A stretch of DNA of 41,963 nucleotides from a virus (lineage: Duplodnaviria > Heunggongvirae > Uroviricota > Caudoviricetes): the IMG/VR virus record IMGVR_UViG_2548876958_000014; one strand, 5' to 3'. The notes beneath the pieces were generated by a model. That model was not told the DNA's origin, made no database searches, and saw nothing but the letters and a program-made list of their open reading frames with translations. Below, piece after piece: positions 38,406 to 41,963 of this stretch (position 1 is the stretch's first letter; each line of letters begins with the position of its first letter). The position numbers were made by a program, and so were the translations under genes.

Positions 38406-38887
38406 TGATGGTGCTGGGATTGTACGTGTTTATGCTGAGCACCGTTCCGTATCAGGAACTGCAGTATCAACGCAACTGGCGACATGCGGCAAACAGCCGG
38501 GTAAACCGTCGTCCGTCCACGCAGTTTCTGGGACCGGACAACGACATGCTGACGCTTTCTGGTGTTCTTATGCCGGAGATAACGGGCGGCAGGCTGTCGT
38601 TGCTGGCTCTGGAGCAGATGGCAGAACAGGGAAAAGCATGGCCCCTGATTGAAGGCAGCGGCACGATTTACGGCATGTATGTGATTGAGGGACTGAATCA
38701 GACTAAAACGGAGTTTTTCCGCGATGGTATGCCGCGCCGGATTGAGTTTACCCTGTCGCTCAAACGTGTGGATGAATCCCTGTCCGATATGTTCGGTGAT
38801 CTCAGTGCGCAGCTGAATAATTTGCAGGATACGGCAACGTCTGCCTTAAGCGATATCAGTAAAACGGTGGGAGGGCTACTGTCGTGA
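38402..38887 (+). CDS. U: Tail protein gpU
   Basis: 161 aa; overlaps T stop and D start as in P2. Confidence 0.8.
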   Translation: MMMVLGLYVFMLSTVPYQELQYQRNWRHAANSRVNRRPSTQFLGPDNDMLTLSGVLMPEITGGRLSLLALEQMAEQGKAWPLIEGSGTIYGMYVIEGLNQTKTEFFRDGMPRRIEFTLSLKRVDESLSDMFGDLSAQLNNLQDTATSALSDISKTVGGLLS

Positions 38888-39984
38888 ATTTCAGCTCTGA
38901 ACTGCTTAACAAAGGCAACAAAACTCCCGCATTCAGCATCAGTATTGAGGGGAAGGATATCACCACTGTGCTGGATAACCGCCTGATGAGTCTGACGTTG
39001 ACGGACAATCGGGGCTTTGAAGCAGACCAGCTTGATCTGGAGCTGGACGACGCCGACGGAAAAATCGTGCTGCCGCGCCGTGGTGCGGTCATCACGCTGG
39101 CGCTGGGCTGGAAGGGGCAGCCGCTTTTCCCGAAAGGGGCATTCACGGTGGACGAGATTGAACACACTGGCGCACCGGATCGCCTGACTATCCGGGCGCG
39201 AAGTGCTGATTTTAGGGAAACGCTGAATACCCGCCGTGAAAAATCGTGGCACAAGACCACCGTCGGGGAAGTGGTGAAGGAAATAGCCGCGCGGCACAAG
39301 CTGAAGATGGCACTGGGTAAAGACCTGTCGGATAAGCCCGTGGAACATATAGACCAGACCAATGAGAGTGACGGCAGTTTTCTGATGCGGCTGGCGCGCC
39401 AGTACGGTGCTATTGCGTCGGTGAAAAATGGCAATCTGTTATTCATCCGGCAGGGACAGGGCAAAAGCGCCAGCGGTAAACCTCTGCCGGTGATCACTAT
39501 CACACGCAAGGACGGCGACAGTCACCGCTTTACCCTGGCAGATCGCGGAGCCTATACGGGCGTAATTGCCAGTTGGTTGCATACCCGCGAACCCGCGAAG
39601 AAAGAAAGCACCGCGGTGAAGCGTAAGCGCAGGACTAAGAAGCAGAAGAAAGAGCCGGAAGCGAAGCAGGGCGATTACCTGGTGGGTACGGATGAAAACG
39701 TGCTGGTACTTAATCGCACCTATGCTAATCGGAGTAACGCCGAACGGGCAGCGAAAATGCAGTGGGAACGCCTGCAACGCGGCGTTGCGTCATTCTCGCT
39801 ACAACTGGCGGAAGGTCGGGCAGATCTCTACACGGAAATGCCAGTGAAAGTCAGTGGCTTTAAACAGCCGATAGATGATGCGGAATGGACCATTACGACT
39901 CTGACACATACCGTCAGCCCGGATAACGGTTTTACAACCAGTATTGAACTCGAAGTGAAGATTGATGATCTTGAAATGGAATAA
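38884..39984 (+). CDS. D: Tail protein gpD (late control gene D)
   Basis: 366 aa; N-terminus typical of P2 gpD; lysine-rich internal segment. Confidence 0.85.
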   Translation: MNFSSELLNKGNKTPAFSISIEGKDITTVLDNRLMSLTLTDNRGFEADQLDLELDDADGKIVLPRRGAVITLALGWKGQPLFPKGAFTVDEIEHTGAPDRLTIRARSADFRETLNTRREKSWHKTTVGEVVKEIAARHKLKMALGKDLSDKPVEHIDQTNESDGSFLMRLARQYGAIASVKNGNLLFIRQGQGKSASGKPLPVITITRKDGDSHRFTLADRGAYTGVIASWLHTREPAKKESTAVKRKRRTKKQKKEPEAKQGDYLVGTDENVLVLNRTYANRSNAERAAKMQWERLQRGVASFSLQLAEGRADLYTEMPVKVSGFKQPIDDAEWTITTLTHTVSPDNGFTTSIELEVKIDDLEME

Positions 39985-40052
39985 TGTGTTCTCAATATTG
40001 ATATTTTATGTATCATTACAATGATTCTGATAGCAAAGGTAGGGATCTGGAT

Positions 40053-40271
40053 ATGATGAATTGTCCGAAGTGTGGTCATGCGGCGCACACAAGGAGCAGT
40101 TTTCAAGTAACAGAAAGCACCAAAGAGCGTTACTGCCAGTGCCAAAATATTAACTGCGGGAGCACTTTTGTTACCCATGAAACAGTGGTCCGGTTTATTG
40201 TGACACCTGCATTGATTGCTACAGCCCCTCCACATCCATTGCCAGGTGGTCAGGGGCATATGAATTTTTGA
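40053..40271 (+). CDS. ogr: Ogr/Delta-family zinc-finger late-gene activator
   Basis: 72 aa from MMNCPKCGHAAHTRSS; C-x2-C ... C-x4-C (CPKC ... CQCQNINC); matches P2 Ogr in length and motif spacing. Confidence 0.85.
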   Translation: MMNCPKCGHAAHTRSSFQVTESTKERYCQCQNINCGSTFVTHETVVRFIVTPALIATAPPHPLPGGQGHMNF

Positions 40272-40297
40272 GAAAGAGAACCTGCTACGGCAGGTTT

Positions 40298-40780
40298 TTA
40301 TTCATCTGGGATCTCACCCGTTTCAAGAAAATGTATAAAGCCAGGCTCATCTATGATGATTGTGCCTTTCATCCTGGCTGCCGATACTTTTGATGGGCCT
40401 GCATTGTAACCGCAACAGAGCATCTGAAGGCTTTGGGTTACAGAGGTTCTTACCGTTAATCCTTGTTCATTCGCCTTATCAACCAATCTTTCTTTATCTG
40501 CTTTCTTAAATCCGGTGAAGCACACATCGAATGTATTTTTTTTCGGACCAGACTGCTTAGTGAGATGTGAGTAGTTTTCGGGGAGGAATGACGCGCATTC
40601 CTGAATGGCTTGTTCTGGTGAATCGTACTGTTTAAGAATGCGGTCTTTTCGGAAGGTTTTTATTCGATCGGTGTTCTTACAAATGCCCTGTATATGATTT
40701 TCGCTATAACTGATGCTCTGTATTGAGTGAACACCGATACGACCATTTGCATTGATGTAAACAAAGTGAAGTTCTTCCAT
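40298..40780 (-). CDS. Small two-domain protein: N-terminal WYL-like domain + C-terminal BRCT-like domain (prophage cargo)
   Basis: 160 aa; TFRKDRI matches the WYL hallmark (R-x-F-R-x-D-R-I); C-terminal FDVCFTGF ... GTIIIDEPGFIHFLE resembles a BRCT fold; lies between ogr and attR, where P2 has no gene. Confidence 0.45.
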   Translation of the reverse strand: MEELHFVYINANGRIGVHSIQSISYSENHIQGICKNTDRIKTFRKDRILKQYDSPEQAIQECASFLPENYSHLTKQSGPKKNTFDVCFTGFKKADKERLVDKANEQGLTVRTSVTQSLQMLCCGYNAGPSKVSAARMKGTIIIDEPGFIHFLETGEIPDE

Positions 40781-40860
40781 GTGAAACCTCTTTGCATGAT
40801 TTCAAGATGGCGACAGGCAAGATGGACGCAAAAGTCTGTCGCCATTTTGCCGCCACTACC

Positions 40861-40893
40861 AAAGAAAAAGGGGCTACGCTTTCACGTAACCCC
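40861..40893 (-). terminator. Rho-independent terminator downstream of ssrA
   Basis: On minus strand: GGGGTTACG-TGAAAG-CGTAGCCCC stem-loop followed by TTTTTCTTT, starting ~10 nt after the tmRNA 3' end. Confidence 0.5.
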
Positions 40894-40903
40894 TTGATTT
40901 ATT

Positions 40904-41266
40904 TGGTGGAGCTGGCGGGAGTTGAACCCGCGTCCGAAATTCCTACATCCTCGGTACTACATGCTTAGTCAGTCTTTACATTCGCTTGCCAGCTGCGGAC
41001 GGACACGCCACTAACAAACTAGCCTGATTAAGTTTTAACGCTTCAACCCCAGGCAGGGCTTCCACGCGATCTCTTTTGGGTTTGACCTCTCTTGATCCCC
41101 GTCCTAAGAGCGGAGGCTAGGGAGAGAGGGCTCTAAGCAGGTTATTAAGCTGCTAAAGCGTAGTTTTCGTCGTTTGCGACTATTTTTTGCGGCTTTTTAC
41201 GAGGCCAACCGCCCCTCGGCATGCACCTTGGGTTTCGCAAATCCCGTCGAATCCAGAATCAGCCCC
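40904..41266 (-). ncRNA. ssrA: tmRNA (SsrA), complete
   Basis: Reverse complement begins GGGGCTGATTCTGGATTCGACGGG and ends ...GGTTCAACTCCCGCCAGCTCCACCA; contains tag ORF GCAAACGACGAAAACTACGCTTTAGCAGCTTAA (ANDENYALAA); 363 nt. Confidence 0.95.
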
Positions 41267-41480
41267 AATGTGTAAAGGTAAGTATACCAGATTTATGAGC
41301 GCCATGACCAGCCTCAATGGCGTTATCGTTAAAGATTTAGCACCCATGTAGCCTGATTTTTATTCGATTAAGCAATGGGATGGCAACATTTGTGTCGGAT
41401 GTGATAGCCAATAAGATGTTCATTCGCGCCGCCGGAGAGGGAGGCGCGGTGAGGAACTGGTCAATAATTGGAGTGCAGGT

Positions 41481-41963
41481 TTAACGGTGGGCGTTTTTCA
41501 TGATACGTGCTTTATCCACCTGCCATTCGCGTTCTTTGATATCTGAACGTTTATCGTGCTGTTTTTTACCTTTGGCGACGCCGATTTTCACTTTGCACCA
41601 GGCATTTTTCCAGTACAGGGAGAGCGCCACTACGGTATAGCCTTCTCGATTGACGCGACCGTACAATGAGTCCAGTTCGCGCTGGTTGAGAAGTAACTTG
41701 CGGGTACGGGTAGGATCGCACACCACATGCGTGGAGGCCACGGCCATTGGCGTGATGTTAGCGCCAAACAGAAATGCCTCTCCGTCACGCAGAAGGACGT
41801 AGCTGTCGCTGATATTGGCTTTTCCTGCGCGCAGGGATTTAACCTCCCAGCCTTGCAGGGCAAGTCCCGCTTCGAACTCTTCTTCGATAAAGTATTCGTG
41901 ACGGGCGCGCTTGTTAAGCGCGATGGTCGCTGAACCAGGTTTATGTGCTTTTTTCTTCGTCAT
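41481..41963 (-). CDS. smpB: SsrA-binding protein SmpB
   Basis: 160 aa ([28 protein letters not shown]...) matching enterobacterial SmpB; start codon is the last three bases of the window; upstream of ssrA in the same orientation. Confidence 0.95.

Larger units (their letters stand above)
5431..40903. mobile_element. P2/186-family prophage integrated at the 3' end of ssrA, apparently complete
   Basis: Bounded by ssrA 3' end (40904) and its 42-bp repeat (5389..5430); full P2-like gene order from int to ogr. Confidence 0.8.

Noticed and set aside
1-41963. CRISPR arrays or rRNA genes
   Set aside because: No regularly spaced short direct repeats and no rRNA-like conserved sequence were seen anywhere in the window.

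Overview
The window is an enterobacterial (E. coli-like) chromosomal segment in which the smpB-ssrA locus (right edge, minus strand) carries a tandem array of integrated elements. Adjacent to an intact tmRNA gene (40904..41266) lies a ~35.5 kb P2/186-family prophage (about 5431..40903) that looks complete: 186-type integrase/CI/Apl/CII lysogeny module, Dam-like methylase, replication protein A, an SOS (LexA) box upstream of a DinI-like gene, portal, terminase, capsid, lysis cassette, baseplate, tail fibre with a Hin-type invertible host-range segment, sheath, tube, E/E' frameshift, tape measure, U, D and Ogr. A 42-bp direct repeat of the ssrA 3' end (5389..5430) marks its distal boundary. Beyond it lies a second, older island with an IntA/P4-type integrase and AT-rich cargo that runs off the left edge. 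Three AT-rich cargo loci stand out against the phage backbone: (i) a two-gene nuclease-like + SMC-like ATPase cassette (15498..18225) between the DinI terminator and the portal gene, resembling a Lamassu-type defence system; (ii) a single P-loop kinase-like/cytidine-deaminase fusion gene (5625..7361) at the att-int junction, resembling the anti-phage dCTP deaminase architecture; (iii) a histidine-kinase-like gene (5' truncated) plus a receiver-domain gene with a large unrecognised C-terminal domain (1..3469) in the neighbouring island. A small WYL-like/BRCT-like gene sits between ogr and ssrA. No CRISPR array, rRNA or tRNA gene was seen. All functional calls rest on motif recognition and remembered family features, not on database searches.
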